Shown here one piece after another: positions 27,371 through 37,197 of a stretch of 64,000 nucleotides of DNA. The stretch is taken from the NCBI GenBank assembly GCA_963667845.2, contig CAXXVL010000002.1, positions 544,001 to 608,000 on the forward strand, written 5' to 3'. The notes below the pieces were generated by a model. The model saw only the letters and a program-made list of their open reading frames with translations. It was not told the origin of the DNA and made no database searches. Position 1 is the first letter of the stretch; each line of letters begins with the position of its first letter. A program made the translations under genes and the position numbers. The DNA comes from Smithellaceae bacterium. Its GTDB lineage: Bacteria > Desulfobacterota > Syntrophia > Syntrophales > Smithellaceae.

Positions 27371-28027
27371 TTCCTTTTCTTTTCTGAGCTCCTGAATAAT
27401 CTGTAATCTGCGTTCAAATCTCTCCATTGATATATCAACAGAGTCATGCTCAAGCCCTCTTAAATATGCCGAGGCCGAAAATACATGGATGTTCTTCCCA
27501 TTCGGATATCGATGGCGAGAAAAAGCTGCACCTGCTTTATTTGCGATATAGAACCAAAAACAACAAAGAGGAATCTGTTCATAATTATTATAGCCCTCAG
27601 GCTTCTTCATAGGCACTAGAACCTTGGCAACTCTTTCATGTAAAATACTTGTCTCTCCAAAATAATACTCCCATTGTTCTTTTCTATATTTTTCAATATC
27701 ATTTTCTGAGGCATTTAGTGGCAACTGGTTCTCACCAAATGAATAGGCAGCCCAATTTTTAACTTCTGCTTGATATAAAATCTTTTCTGTTGCGTTTTCG
27801 CACTTCAGCCAGCCATCTAATCGAGGACCCTTTTTCATTCCTGTGGTACAAGAATAAGATAGAATTTCTAGTGTCCCTTTTTCTGTGTTTTCCCAATAGT
27901 GCCTGAATAAACCGAAGAGCAAATCTTCACCTAGTAATGCTGTGATTGCTGAAACATCTGAACCACGTCCTTCCACGTTCAGGCGTTCATCATAAAACTG
28001 TATTAATTTCGTTCGGGATAGATTCAT
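27365..28027 (-). CDS. PD-(D/E)xK nuclease-like protein (gene cassette)
   Basis: LLGEDL...PRLDGWL...YQAEVKNW. Confidence 0.6.
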   Translation of the reverse strand: MNLSRTKLIQFYDERLNVEGRGSDVSAITALLGEDLLFGLFRHYWENTEKGTLEILSYSCTTGMKKGPRLDGWLKCENATEKILYQAEVKNWAAYSFGENQLPLNASENDIEKYRKEQWEYYFGETSILHERVAKVLVPMKKPEGYNNYEQIPLCCFWFYIANKAGAAFSRHRYPNGKNIHVFSASAYLRGLEHDSVDISMERFERRLQIIQELRKEKEA

Positions 28028-28034
28028 AATTTAT

Positions 28035-28089
28035 GCCTAACGAAAGAGTCAGCAGGAGTTCGTCGATCGGCTGCATTTGACTAATTGGC
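28035..28089 (-). mobile_element. Integron attC site (55 bp, R'' degenerate)
   Basis: GCCAATT-AGTCA-AATGCAGC-CGATCGACGAACTCCT-GCTGACT-CTTTC-GTTAGGC. Confidence 0.75.
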
Positions 28090-28894
28090 TTGGTTTTTTC
28101 CATTTGCAAGCATCTGTGCAAAGGGTACCTTCAAAAAGCTCTTGGTTTAAGATATTTAAAACATGAAGTGAATTAACGAATCCGCCGCAATATTCTGCTT
28201 CCAGTGCTATGGTTAGCCCGACTATCCTATTGAAAAATGGCCTTAGCAAAGGGCCATCAATACATAGCGTGGATTTAATCTCTTGATCGCTTACGAGACG
28301 CTCAGATCCAAGAACGGACCTAGCTCGTGGGTTTGATATCGAAAAGTAGTCAAGATCGATATCAAGGAATATCGGACAATCCGGAGGAAGATCCTTTAAT
28401 AATTTTTTCGCATCCTGATAGAACTTAACCTTGTGTATACGACCATTCCGATCTTTTTGTTGCAGCCTAGTGCGAAACGTCTTGAATGCGGCGGAATCCT
28501 CTCGACCATTCAATAATACATAAACATCCGAGAAGAAATCGAGATAAAGTGCAGGAAGAATGTGCCCGTCATTCAGGCTGGGAAGTCTAAGCCATGTAAA
28601 AAGTCCAAGCTCCAATCTGTTTTGAACATGAAGATTATCCAAATCATCTGGAACAACCTCACTTGGCACACCAACATCATCGTGAGCGTCAATAGTAATC
28701 AAGAGCGGTGAGGTTTTATTTTCGAGCGAGGAAAGACCCCAAAAATAAAAAGCAAACCGATGCTCATGGACAATTCCCACTATGCAACAACCATGATCTT
28801 GGCCTGGAAGAGAAACAAATGAAGACTCACAACCTGGCGGCATCAGCCACCCATTAATATCTTTAAGCCATTTTTCAATCCGTTTTCCGTCCAT
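28049..28894 (-). CDS. UPF0489-like (arginase/deacetylase-fold) protein (gene cassette)
   Basis: IVHEHRFAFYFW, ITIDAHDD, NDGHILPA, FLDIDLDYFS; ATG 28894 with GAGG RBS. Confidence 0.65.
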   Translation of the reverse strand: MDGKRIEKWLKDINGWLMPPGCESSFVSLPGQDHGCCIVGIVHEHRFAFYFWGLSSLENKTSPLLITIDAHDDVGVPSEVVPDDLDNLHVQNRLELGLFTWLRLPSLNDGHILPALYLDFFSDVYVLLNGREDSAAFKTFRTRLQQKDRNGRIHKVKFYQDAKKLLKDLPPDCPIFLDIDLDYFSISNPRARSVLGSERLVSDQEIKSTLCIDGPLLRPFFNRIVGLTIALEAEYCGGFVNSLHVLNILNQELFEGTLCTDACKWKKPSQLVKCSRSTNSC

Positions 28895-28903
28895 CTTTTC
28901 CTC

Positions 28904-28957
28904 AGTCAACGAAAAAATCACAACCACAAGGCAATCGATTGCATTGCTTTTTTAACT
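28904..28957 (-). mobile_element. Degenerate attC site
   Basis: AGTTAAA-AAAGC-AATGCAAT-CGATTG...-TTTTC-GTTGACT directly before the cassette RBS. Confidence 0.45.
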
Positions 28958-29602
28958 GCCTGATAAAATTTCCATTACCATATATATAGTCGTGATAGTC
29001 TGGCTAACAATAAATATGTGTCGTTTGGCTTTTTCTGAAATGCGCAATCATTTTACTCCTTTTGGAATAAGATGCAATGTGAAAGATCATCGTAAAGACA
29101 TCTTTATTGAAAAAAAAGCGCTGGCTTCACTATAACGAAGGCAAAAACCGAAGCAGGTTTTTTTTAGGGGGAATTTATTCGATGCAAAGAAAAGATTTTT
29201 GCTTTTCTTTTTTGAGCAAGACCTTATTATTAATTCCGAGATTCAATTTTCAAAAACCTGGCCTATTTAATCATTTTCAGCAAAAGATTGGATTCAATTG
29301 ATAGCCTTTGAATGATTTTTTAAAGGAAGGAAGTTCAAGTAATATTGATTGAGATCACTACTAGAAATCTATTTTCGACCATTCGTCAATTAACCATTTT
29401 AAAACATGAATCGCTTTTTTTACTGGAAAGAAAATTTCGTATCATCAATTAGGAAATATTCTCTTGATTATGGTCTCATGATTATTAAAACGGATTTACT
29501 GCCTTGCGATCTTCAAACTAGAGCATTCCAAAAATAATTATTCGATAATGAATAAGTAATATTAATATTCTAGAATGGATGATTATAAAGAAATATATAT
29601 TA

Positions 29603-30526
29603 TTATATATGATCCGAAAAGCGCCGATAGTTGGTTAACGCGAGCAATCTTTTTTCATTGCCAGTTTTTGGACCTCTCTTTTTTTTCAATTCTTCTTTAA
29701 TATTCACTAGAAAGGTTACTAAGTCTGCATAAGTATTAATTTTATACACATTACAATATAACCGTCCTTGTATGCCCCATCTTCTTAAATCATATTCTGA
29801 AAAAGATTTTCTTCCAGATTTTCCTAATATCCAACGACCTAATTTTGTTGGATTGATCCTATCATGCGTTATTTGCTGCTTTTTTTGCTGGTTGACGAAA
29901 TCGCGAAGCTTGAAATCCACAAAATCAGCTATTGACGCGATGCCAGTCTTAGTTTTTATATTAAATGCACCTTGTATGCGCCATTCTGAGTGGATGCATG
30001 GTCTGCCGTTAATTTTCGACAGTCTAGGATAAATTACATGCTTAAATTTATCGGAACCCATATAGATTGTTTTTGATGAGAAAAGTTTTTCATCAATAAT
30101 TCTATTTTTTCTTCTTTTGCTGCTCTTTTTTGAGTCATTGCATTGATCATAAATAAGGTGGGTATGCGTGTACTTTTTATTTATAGTTTTTATCAATTTC
30201 TCAAATTCGAATGAAGCTTCCCTCTCAGTTTCATAAAATGTATCTTCAGCTATTTCCAATGATGATATTTTCACGATTATATTAGACAGGCTTTTATCTA
30301 ATATCCCGAGGCATTTTTGAGAAGGAGCAACGAATTCTATTCTGGCAGGCAGACCGTATGTTCGCGCCTGTTCATAAGCATTGCCTACAAAAAAAGAAGT
30401 TGTTTCTGATTTAAGATCATTTAGAGGAAGTAGCTGTCGTAGATTATTTGGAGATTTTCTGATATTTATTCTTACCTTATCGAAGTAATATCCGCATTTC
30501 TCATTTTCAAAATTGTAACTTAGCAT
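29603..30526 (-). CDS. Putative Rep_trans-like replication initiator/relaxase
   Basis: Ordered motifs FDKVRI, ISSLEIAED, TIYMGS, VIYPR, HSEWR resemble Rep_trans D..., RxDxAxD, TxYxGS, RxYxK, RxE. Confidence 0.45.
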   Translation of the reverse strand: MLSYNFENEKCGYYFDKVRINIRKSPNNLRQLLPLNDLKSETTSFFVGNAYEQARTYGLPARIEFVAPSQKCLGILDKSLSNIIVKISSLEIAEDTFYETEREASFEFEKLIKTINKKYTHTHLIYDQCNDSKKSSKRRKNRIIDEKLFSSKTIYMGSDKFKHVIYPRLSKINGRPCIHSEWRIQGAFNIKTKTGIASIADFVDFKLRDFVNQQKKQQITHDRINPTKLGRWILGKSGRKSFSEYDLRRWGIQGRLYCNVYKINTYADLVTFLVNIKEELKKKRGPKTGNEKRLLALTNYRRFSDHI

Positions 30527-30556
30527 TTTGCCTCCTAATCAGGCTTTGCTAGGATT

Positions 30557-30603
30557 GAGGCGGGAAGATTAGGTTCCCGCCTCTTGACCCTGTTGCAACA
30601 GGG
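30557..30603. promoter_or_regulatory. Hairpin plus palindrome upstream of the Rep-like gene (candidate dso/oriT)
   Basis: GAGGCGGGAA-N7-TTCCCGCCTC (30557-30583); CCCTGTTGCAACAGGG (30588-30603). Confidence 0.4.
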
Positions 30604-30630
30604 CATCCCAGGCTGATTTAATTTTTCCAC

Positions 30631-31020
30631 TTATATAAAGCTATACGTCAGTTCCGTAAATTTGAAATTCTCATCAAGGTCGTCACAAGTATCGCTTCTA
30701 CCGCGAATCGTACAGCCTGCATTCATGCCGTTAACGCGGAAAAGATACAGCGGACAACTATGGGACGAGCATTTTTTCACTTCCCCTACTTGTCCATTCA
30801 TGCAATGTAAACAATATTCGCGAATAGCTTTACGTCTCTCGCTGGCGTTTTGAGACCCTTTTCCTGAGCGATAAAGATGTAATGCACATTTCTTTAGTGT
30901 ACAGTCCGAGACTTCAGAAGGAATCCAACCTGAACAGTTGAGACATCGTTCATGGATAGCTTTTCTACGGTTTAAATTTACATCTTTATGACCGTCTTTA
31001 CTCTTGATTAGTGCTTGCAT
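30631..31020 (-). CDS. Small protein with a tandemly duplicated Cys-rich (Zn-binding-like) module
   Basis: RRKAIxxxCLxC...EVxxC....CxLxxxR occurs twice. Confidence 0.7.
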   Translation of the reverse strand: MQALIKSKDGHKDVNLNRRKAIHERCLNCSGWIPSEVSDCTLKKCALHLYRSGKGSQNASERRKAIREYCLHCMNGQVGEVKKCSSHSCPLYLFRVNGMNAGCTIRGRSDTCDDLDENFKFTELTYSFI

Positions 31021-31215
31021 TTTTTACCCCATTATTTTTTATTTCGTTCTTTAAAAAAGGATTAGTTAAACTGATTTCGCAGATTCTTTATCAATAGAAA
31101 AAGCCCCACGAGACAGATGGTTTGCCATCTTGCTGTGAGGCTTTATTGTGCTGTGTCTATTTTGAGTGGCGATCTCGCCTTTGAGTTTAAATGGTATTAC
31201 ATTCTGAAAACCTAA

Positions 31216-31509
31216 ATATGCATCGTCTATACTCCCCATACAACGGCGGCCGTCACGATCAATGAAAATGCAGATCCCGATGTTCCCGGCGACATTCTGG
31301 CAGCTCTGGACCGCATCGTTCCTTTGTCGGCAAATTACCGGCACACCGAAGGCAATTCCGCCGCCCATGTCAAATCATCGCTGGTTGGTGCGTCCGAAAT
31401 GGTCATGATTGAAAACGGACGCCTGCTTTTAGGCACATGGCAGGCAATCTTCTTTTGTGAATTTGACGGCCCGCGGACGCGGAAGGTCTATATCAGTTTT
31501 AAGATTTAA
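31216..31509 (+). pseudogene. yjbQ: 5'-truncated YjbQ/UPF0047 family gene
   Basis: [23 protein letters not shown]...[16 protein letters not shown]...[16 protein letters not shown]; in-frame TAA immediately upstream (31213-31215), no start codon. Confidence 0.85.
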
Positions 31510-31592
31510 GTTTTAAGCAAAAAATGCTGCGCGAAGCGCTCCAGTTCTATACCTTAACTACTTAATTACTTTATTACTTAAATCTTAATTAC

Positions 31593-32363
31593 TTAATTAC
31601 TTAAGACTTTTACCATCTGTCCATGGATTAATCCGTTGCTTGCAACAAGCCCAAGCGAACGTAACGTCCATTGATCGCCCGACAAATCGGAAATCGTACC
31701 GCCCGCTTCGAGAACCATCAGACAACCGGCAGCCGTATCCCAAGGTTTGAGTTTCAACTCCCAGAAACCGTCCAGACGGCCCGCCGCTAAATAAGACAGG
31801 TCCAGCACCGCCGCACCCGGGCGCCGGACGGCTTGCGCTTTCATGATCATGGATGAGAAAAGATTGAGATTGTTATCCGGACTGACTCGGATATCATAGG
31901 GGAACCCGGTGGCCAGAAGGCTGCGGGACAGATCCGCTTCGGAAGATACACGTATCTTTTTCCCGTTGAGGAAGGCCCCGCATCCGCGCTGTGCAAAAAA
32001 CATTTCACCTCTCAGGGGATCGAAAACGACGCCCTGCTCGACAACTCCTTCTTTCTCCAGGGCGATGGATACGCAGAAAAAGGGAAATCCATGGGCGTAA
32101 TTCGTCGTGCCGTCCAGTGGATCGATAATCCAGCGGGTCGCCGCCCGTTCATTTTTTGCTGCCGATTCCTCCGACAGAATTCCATGATCCGGGTAATGGC
32201 GGACGATTTGGGCCACAATTAACTCCTCGGACATCCTGTCCGCTTCCGTCACCAGATCGATCGTTCCCTTGTAAAAAACCGGGTTATGACGAGTCAGTTT
32301 TTCGGCCAGCAGAAGGCCCGCTTCCCGCGCCAGACTTTGGATAAAATCCGCGATTTCCGTCAT
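31593..32363 (-). CDS. suhB: Inositol monophosphatase
   Basis: DLVTEAD, WIIDPLDGTTNY, WDTAAG; ATG 32363 with AAGGAG RBS. Confidence 0.93.
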   Translation of the reverse strand: MTEIADFIQSLAREAGLLLAEKLTRHNPVFYKGTIDLVTEADRMSEELIVAQIVRHYPDHGILSEESAAKNERAATRWIIDPLDGTTNYAHGFPFFCVSIALEKEGVVEQGVVFDPLRGEMFFAQRGCGAFLNGKKIRVSSEADLSRSLLATGFPYDIRVSPDNNLNLFSSMIMKAQAVRRPGAAVLDLSYLAAGRLDGFWELKLKPWDTAAGCLMVLEAGGTISDLSGDQWTLRSLGLVASNGLIHGQMVKVLSN

Positions 32364-32501
32364 GAACAGCAACTCCTTTGACACGATTATTGGGAACTTT
32401 AAACCATAAAGTGTGCGAAAAAGTAAGGACAATCTTAAAAGTTGCGCTGTATTGGAAATAATGTTAGACAAAACAAAAAAACGATTATTTGTGATACGTT
32501 A

Positions 32502-33404
32502 ATGATGATGGAAAAAGACGCTGAGTCTACGATAATTGAGTTAAAAAAGGCGCGGGAAAGTAAGGGGCTGACCCTGAAAGATCTTTTTATGCGAACGCGC
32601 ATCAGCGTAGTTAATCTGGAAGCCATTGAAAAAGGTGATTATCACCTGCTGCCGGTTCCGATATACACTCGCAATTTCATCAAGACGTATGCCGATGCTT
32701 TGGGAGTGGACGGCAAACCCTTCCTACAGCGCTACGAGAATTATCTTCAATCCATTCAAATACAAGAAAAGGCCGAGGTCCCTGACGAATCACCCCGGAC
32801 GCCTCTTGTCGCAACGATGAGTCGGCATAAGACGGCCCTGTGGGTTTTGTGCATTATCATCGTCCTGGTTGCCGTATCCTTTTTCGTGACGAACTATAAT
32901 AACCCGGAAGCAGACGTCCACCCCGTTGCCGAAGCTCACAAACCCGCTCCAGTTATTCCTGAACCTCTGCCGCAAAATGGACCTTTACCGAATGAAATTC
33001 CTGTCGCCATCAATCTCCCGGCGCCCGGGGATTCGTCCACCGTCAGCCCGGCCGGTGCGAGAACAATGCAGCCGGCACTAAATGCGCTTGAAGCGCAGAC
33101 CCTGAACAGCACTTCGACGAACGCATCTCCCCCGAAAGATGAATCCAAAATAGAGGCCCTTATTGACGATGAAGAATCGTCGCTTCTGGTCGCCCACGCG
33201 ACCGAAGAAACATGGATCCGGATTCAAGCCGATAACAAAGCACCTTTCCAGGTTTTGCTTAAACCCGGGGAAAAATTCTCATATAAAGCGGCGCGTTTCA
33301 ATATGGATATTGGCAACGGCGGGGGAGTAAAAATACAATTTAAAGGGAAGACCATAGAAAACTTGGGCAAGTCGGGACAGGTCATCCACCTGCGTTTACC
33401 GTAA
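32502..33404 (+). CDS. rodZ: RodZ-like cytoskeleton protein (HTH-TM-DUF4115)
   Basis: [12 protein letters not shown]...LEAIEKG...[12 protein letters not shown] segment; ETWIRI...IGNGGGV. Confidence 0.85.
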   Translation: MMMEKDAESTIIELKKARESKGLTLKDLFMRTRISVVNLEAIEKGDYHLLPVPIYTRNFIKTYADALGVDGKPFLQRYENYLQSIQIQEKAEVPDESPRTPLVATMSRHKTALWVLCIIIVLVAVSFFVTNYNNPEADVHPVAEAHKPAPVIPEPLPQNGPLPNEIPVAINLPAPGDSSTVSPAGARTMQPALNALEAQTLNSTSTNASPPKDESKIEALIDDEESSLLVAHATEETWIRIQADNKAPFQVLLKPGEKFSYKAARFNMDIGNGGGVKIQFKGKTIENLGKSGQVIHLRLP

Positions 33405-33435
33405 ATCACAACTACAAAGAAAAAGAGGTAATATT

Positions 33436-33618
33436 ATGTTTGGCATAGGAGTACCGGAGTTACTGATTATACTGGTTATTATTTTGATTATTTTCGGCGT
33501 CGGAAAGCTTCCGGAAATCGGATCGGCGCTGGGCAAGGGAATTAAGAATTTCAAGAAATCGGTCTCTAACGAAAATGATACCAACGGAACACCTGTAAAA
33601 AAAGACGGCGACAAATAG
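33436..33618 (+). CDS. tatA: Twin-arginine translocase TatA/E
   Basis: [41 protein letters not shown]. Confidence 0.95.
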   Translation: MFGIGVPELLIILVIILIIFGVGKLPEIGSALGKGIKNFKKSVSNENDTNGTPVKKDGDK

Positions 33619-33675
33619 CCGGTCCGTATCATCGTAAACCGATAAGCGGTCAGAGCATTGTGCAATAAAAAAATG

Positions 33676-33753
33676 CGGCTGTTGCTCTGCTGTACTGCAG
33701 GACAACAGCCGTCCGCATAAAGACTAACGGGGACCAGGGAGATGGGGTCCCCG
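33676..33753. terminator. Two GC-rich hairpins between convergent tatA and ssb
   Basis: CGGCTGTTG...CAACAGCCG and CGGGGACC...GGTCCCCG. Confidence 0.5.
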
Positions 33754-33763
33754 AACCCGCTTG

Positions 33764-34174
33764 CTAAAAGGGCACATCCTCCATCGGCGTTCCATTTGAA
33801 CCAACAGCCGCATCTGCAGCATCACCGCCGGCTTTGGCCTGTCCCTGTCCCTTGGAATCCAGCATCTTCATATCACTGGCGACAATTTCAGTGGTGAAAC
33901 GCTTAACCCCGTCTTTATCTTCCCAGGATCGGGTTTGAATGCGTCCCTCGATAAAAACCAGTTTCCCTTTTACCAGATAATTCCCGCAAATCTCGGCCAG
34001 TTTGCCGAAGGTGACAATACGGTGCCACTCTGTTTTCTGGACTTTTTCCCCGTTTTTATCTTTCCACTGCTCGTCGGTCGCCAGATTGAAATTGGTAACC
34101 ATTGTTCCATCAGGTGTGTACCGGACTTCCGGGTCCTTACCCAATCTACCGATCAATATCGCCTTGTTTACCAT
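33764..34174 (-). CDS. ssb: Single-stranded DNA-binding protein
   Basis: [19 protein letters not shown]...TEWHRIV...EDVPF. Confidence 0.96.
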   Translation of the reverse strand: MVNKAILIGRLGKDPEVRYTPDGTMVTNFNLATDEQWKDKNGEKVQKTEWHRIVTFGKLAEICGNYLVKGKLVFIEGRIQTRSWEDKDGVKRFTTEIVASDMKMLDSKGQGQAKAGGDAADAAVGSNGTPMEDVPF

Positions 34175-34346
34175 TATGATTTCCCCCTGAAATAAGTTGA
34201 CCGCATCATACATAACAACTGGGCCTGTGGCAAACATATTTTTTGTTCATAGAGCGGCTGTATTGGCTGTGGATACGCGCCACAATCATGCTTGACTAAT
34301 CATCAAAAAGAATATAGTCAGATTGACTTTGAAAAGTGGAGAAATT

Positions 34347-35828
34347 ATGGAAGACAATGATCTTTTAAAGGTTCGCCTGGAAAAAATCGCGGCCTTAAAA
34401 GCGGCAGGCGTGGACTTATATCCGAATGACGTAACACCCAAGAATACGACGACCGAGATTTTGGCCGAGTTCGGCAATTCCCCAGGCGATGCTCTGGCAC
34501 AATTGACGGATAAAGTTTCGATTGCCGGTCGGCTGATGGCCGTCCGCAGTTTCGGCAAAGCGGCTTTTATCAAAATTCAGGACCGCAAAGGCCAGATGCA
34601 ATGCTACGTTGCCAAGAACATCCTGAGTGAACAGGATTTTTTTGTATTTAAGAAACTGGATATCGGCGACACCATTTATGTTTCCGGAAAACTGTTTCGG
34701 ACCAAAACCGACGAATTGACGATTGAGGTTGAGTCCCTGCGTCTGATGGCCAAAGCGATGCATCCGCTGCCCGAAAAATGGCATGGCCTGACGGATATAG
34801 AAACCCGCTATCGGCAGCGGCATCTGGATTTGATTTCCAATCCCGCAGTAAAGGAAATTTTTTATCGGCGCAGCCGGATCATTAAGCTGATGCGGCAATT
34901 CATGGAAATGCACGATTTTCTCGAAGTGGAAACCCCCATGATGCAGCCGCGCGCAGGCGGCGCGGTCGCCCGGCCCTTCAAGACGCATCATAATGCACTG
35001 GATCAGGATTTGTACCTGCGGATCGCCCCCGAACTTTACCTGAAGCGCCTGGTCACCGGCGGACTGGAAAGAGTTTATGAAATCAACCGCAACTTCCGCA
35101 ACGAAGGCATCTCCACCTTCCATAACCCTGAATTCACGATGATGGAGTTTTACTGGAGCTATACGACCTACGAGGATTTAATGTCCTTTACCGAGGAACT
35201 GTTCCGATTCATCGCCCAAAATATTTTCGGCGGACTCACGTTCACTTATCAGGGTACTCAAATCGACCTGACACCCCCCTGGCAGCGGCTCTCCGTTAAA
35301 GACGCCCTTTTGCACATAGCCGGAATGGAAGAGGCGGATATTGCCGATTTCGCAAAAGCCAGTGCTTTTGCCCGCAAAGTCGGTTGCGACGTCAAAGAAA
35401 CCGATCCGCTGGGAAAGATTCTCATGGCCGTTTTTGATGAAGTAGTCGAAAAGAAGCTCATCCAGCCGACGTTCGTCACCCAGTATCCGGTTGCCGTGTC
35501 CCCCCTTTCCCGCCGCTCCAATTCGGACCCGGAGATTGTTGATCGTTTTGAACTCTATATTTCCGGACGGGAAATCGCCAACGCATTCTCCGAGCTGAAT
35601 GACCCGGCCGATCAGCGCGATCGGTTTGTCCAGCAGTTGAAAGAGCGGGAGGCGGGCGACGACGAGGCGCACGAAATGGATGAAGATTACATTCGCACAC
35701 TGGAGTACGGCATGCCGCCGACGGCCGGAGAAGGTATCGGCATCGACCGGCTGATCATGCTCTTTACGGATTCCGCATCTATCCGGGACGTCATACTGTT
35801 CCCGCTTTTAAGAACCAAACAGGAATGA
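34347..35828 (+). CDS. lysS: Lysyl-tRNA synthetase, class II
   Basis: LPEKWHGL, YRQR, YLRIAPELYLKRL, FRNEG, EYGMPPTAGEGIGIDRL. Confidence 0.97.
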   Translation: MEDNDLLKVRLEKIAALKAAGVDLYPNDVTPKNTTTEILAEFGNSPGDALAQLTDKVSIAGRLMAVRSFGKAAFIKIQDRKGQMQCYVAKNILSEQDFFVFKKLDIGDTIYVSGKLFRTKTDELTIEVESLRLMAKAMHPLPEKWHGLTDIETRYRQRHLDLISNPAVKEIFYRRSRIIKLMRQFMEMHDFLEVETPMMQPRAGGAVARPFKTHHNALDQDLYLRIAPELYLKRLVTGGLERVYEINRNFRNEGISTFHNPEFTMMEFYWSYTTYEDLMSFTEELFRFIAQNIFGGLTFTYQGTQIDLTPPWQRLSVKDALLHIAGMEEADIADFAKASAFARKVGCDVKETDPLGKILMAVFDEVVEKKLIQPTFVTQYPVAVSPLSRRSNSDPEIVDRFELYISGREIANAFSELNDPADQRDRFVQQLKEREAGDDEAHEMDEDYIRTLEYGMPPTAGEGIGIDRLIMLFTDSASIRDVILFPLLRTKQE

Positions 35829-35887
35829 GATAAGCACGAGCGTTCATTGTGCTGAAATTCAACTGTTTCTTGACAGGATATTCTTTA

Positions 35888-37174
35888 ATGCCTTACGAAT
35901 TCTTTATCAGCAGACGGTACATGAGAGCGAAAAGGAAACAGGTATTTGTTTCGATCATTACGTCCATATCGATTTTCGGTATTTTCCTCGGCGTGGCGGC
36001 ACTCATCATTGTCCTCGCCGTAATGAACGGCTTTGAAGAAGATCTGCGCACCAAGATTCTGGGCATTCGTTCGCACATAGAAGTAACAACAGATATGAGC
36101 GGCGCGATGAAAAACTATCCGGCCATCCGCGAAGAAATCGACAAAATCCCCGGCGTCGTCGCCTCGACACCTTTCATTTACACACAAGCCATGATCCGCA
36201 GCGGCAGCGGCGTCACCGGCGTCGTTATCCGTGGGCTGGATACGCCGAGCGCACCGAAAGTGATCAACCTGGGAAAAATCAAGGAAGGCAAACTGGATTA
36301 CCTCAATCAGATCCCGGATGAAGCTTTAAAGAAGCTGCCCGCAGAAGACAAAGGATTATCCGGCATTCTGATTGGCAGGGAAATGGCCCGAAATCTGGGA
36401 CTTTTCCTTTACGATTCCATTACGATCATTTCGCCGACCGGCGGAATTGCCACGCCGATGGGCATGGTTCCCCGCATGAAGAAGTTTATCGTCGTCGGAA
36501 TCTTTGAATCCGGATTTTATGAATATGATGCCACTCTGGCCTTTTTGTCTTTGAAGAGCTGCCAGGAATTCCTGGATCTGGGCGATGCGGTTTCGGGGCT
36601 GGATATCGTCGTCAATGATATCTACAAGGCCGATGTGATCTCCCGCAACATCCAGAGCAAGCTGGGTTTTCCCTTCTTCACCCAGAACTGGATGCAAATG
36701 AACAAGAACCTTTTTTCGGCTCTCAAGCTGGAAAAACGCGTCATGTTTATTATCCTGAGCCTGATCGTGCTGGTCGCCGCGTTCAACATCATCAGTGCTC
36801 TCATCATGATTGTCATGGAGAAAAATAAAGACATCGCCATATTGAAATCGATGGGCGCGACCTCCGGCACCATCATGAAGATCTTCATTTATCAGGGCTT
36901 GATCGTCGGCGTGGTCGGAACGTTTTTCGGCAGTATTGCCGGTCTGACCATTGCTCTGAATCTGCAGAAGATTTCTCTTTTCGTGGAGAAGATTTTCAAT
37001 TTTAAAATTCTCCCGGGTGATGTCTATTACCTGAGTGAATTGCCTTCCAAGGTCAATTACGGCGACGTGGTCACGATTGTTCTCGGCACGCTCGCGATTT
37101 GTTTTCTATCCACAATCTACCCCTCCATGAGAGCTTCCAAACTGGACCCGGCGGAAGCCCTGAGATACGAATAG
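35888..37174 (+). CDS. lolE: Lipoprotein-releasing ABC transporter permease LolC/E
   Basis: GVAALIIVLAVMNGF, LVAAFNI, DIAILKSMGA, PAEALRYE. Confidence 0.92.
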   Translation: MPYEFFISRRYMRAKRKQVFVSIITSISIFGIFLGVAALIIVLAVMNGFEEDLRTKILGIRSHIEVTTDMSGAMKNYPAIREEIDKIPGVVASTPFIYTQAMIRSGSGVTGVVIRGLDTPSAPKVINLGKIKEGKLDYLNQIPDEALKKLPAEDKGLSGILIGREMARNLGLFLYDSITIISPTGGIATPMGMVPRMKKFIVVGIFESGFYEYDATLAFLSLKSCQEFLDLGDAVSGLDIVVNDIYKADVISRNIQSKLGFPFFTQNWMQMNKNLFSALKLEKRVMFIILSLIVLVAAFNIISALIMIVMEKNKDIAILKSMGATSGTIMKIFIYQGLIVGVVGTFFGSIAGLTIALNLQKISLFVEKIFNFKILPGDVYYLSELPSKVNYGDVVTIVLGTLAICFLSTIYPSMRASKLDPAEALRYE

Positions 37175-37197
37175 ACGGAACCGAGCTGACGACTGCT

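Larger units (their letters stand above)
6974..31215. mobile_element. tRNA-Arg-targeted integrative genomic island (about 24 kb)
   Basis: tRNA fragment next to a tyrosine integrase; visibly AT-rich relative to the flanking core; accessory/defence cargo; abrupt return to core genes at truncated yjbQ. Confidence 0.8.

Noticed and set aside
29107..29301. 64-aa ORF in AT-rich DNA
   Set aside because: TTG start, no motif, low-complexity composition; likely spurious
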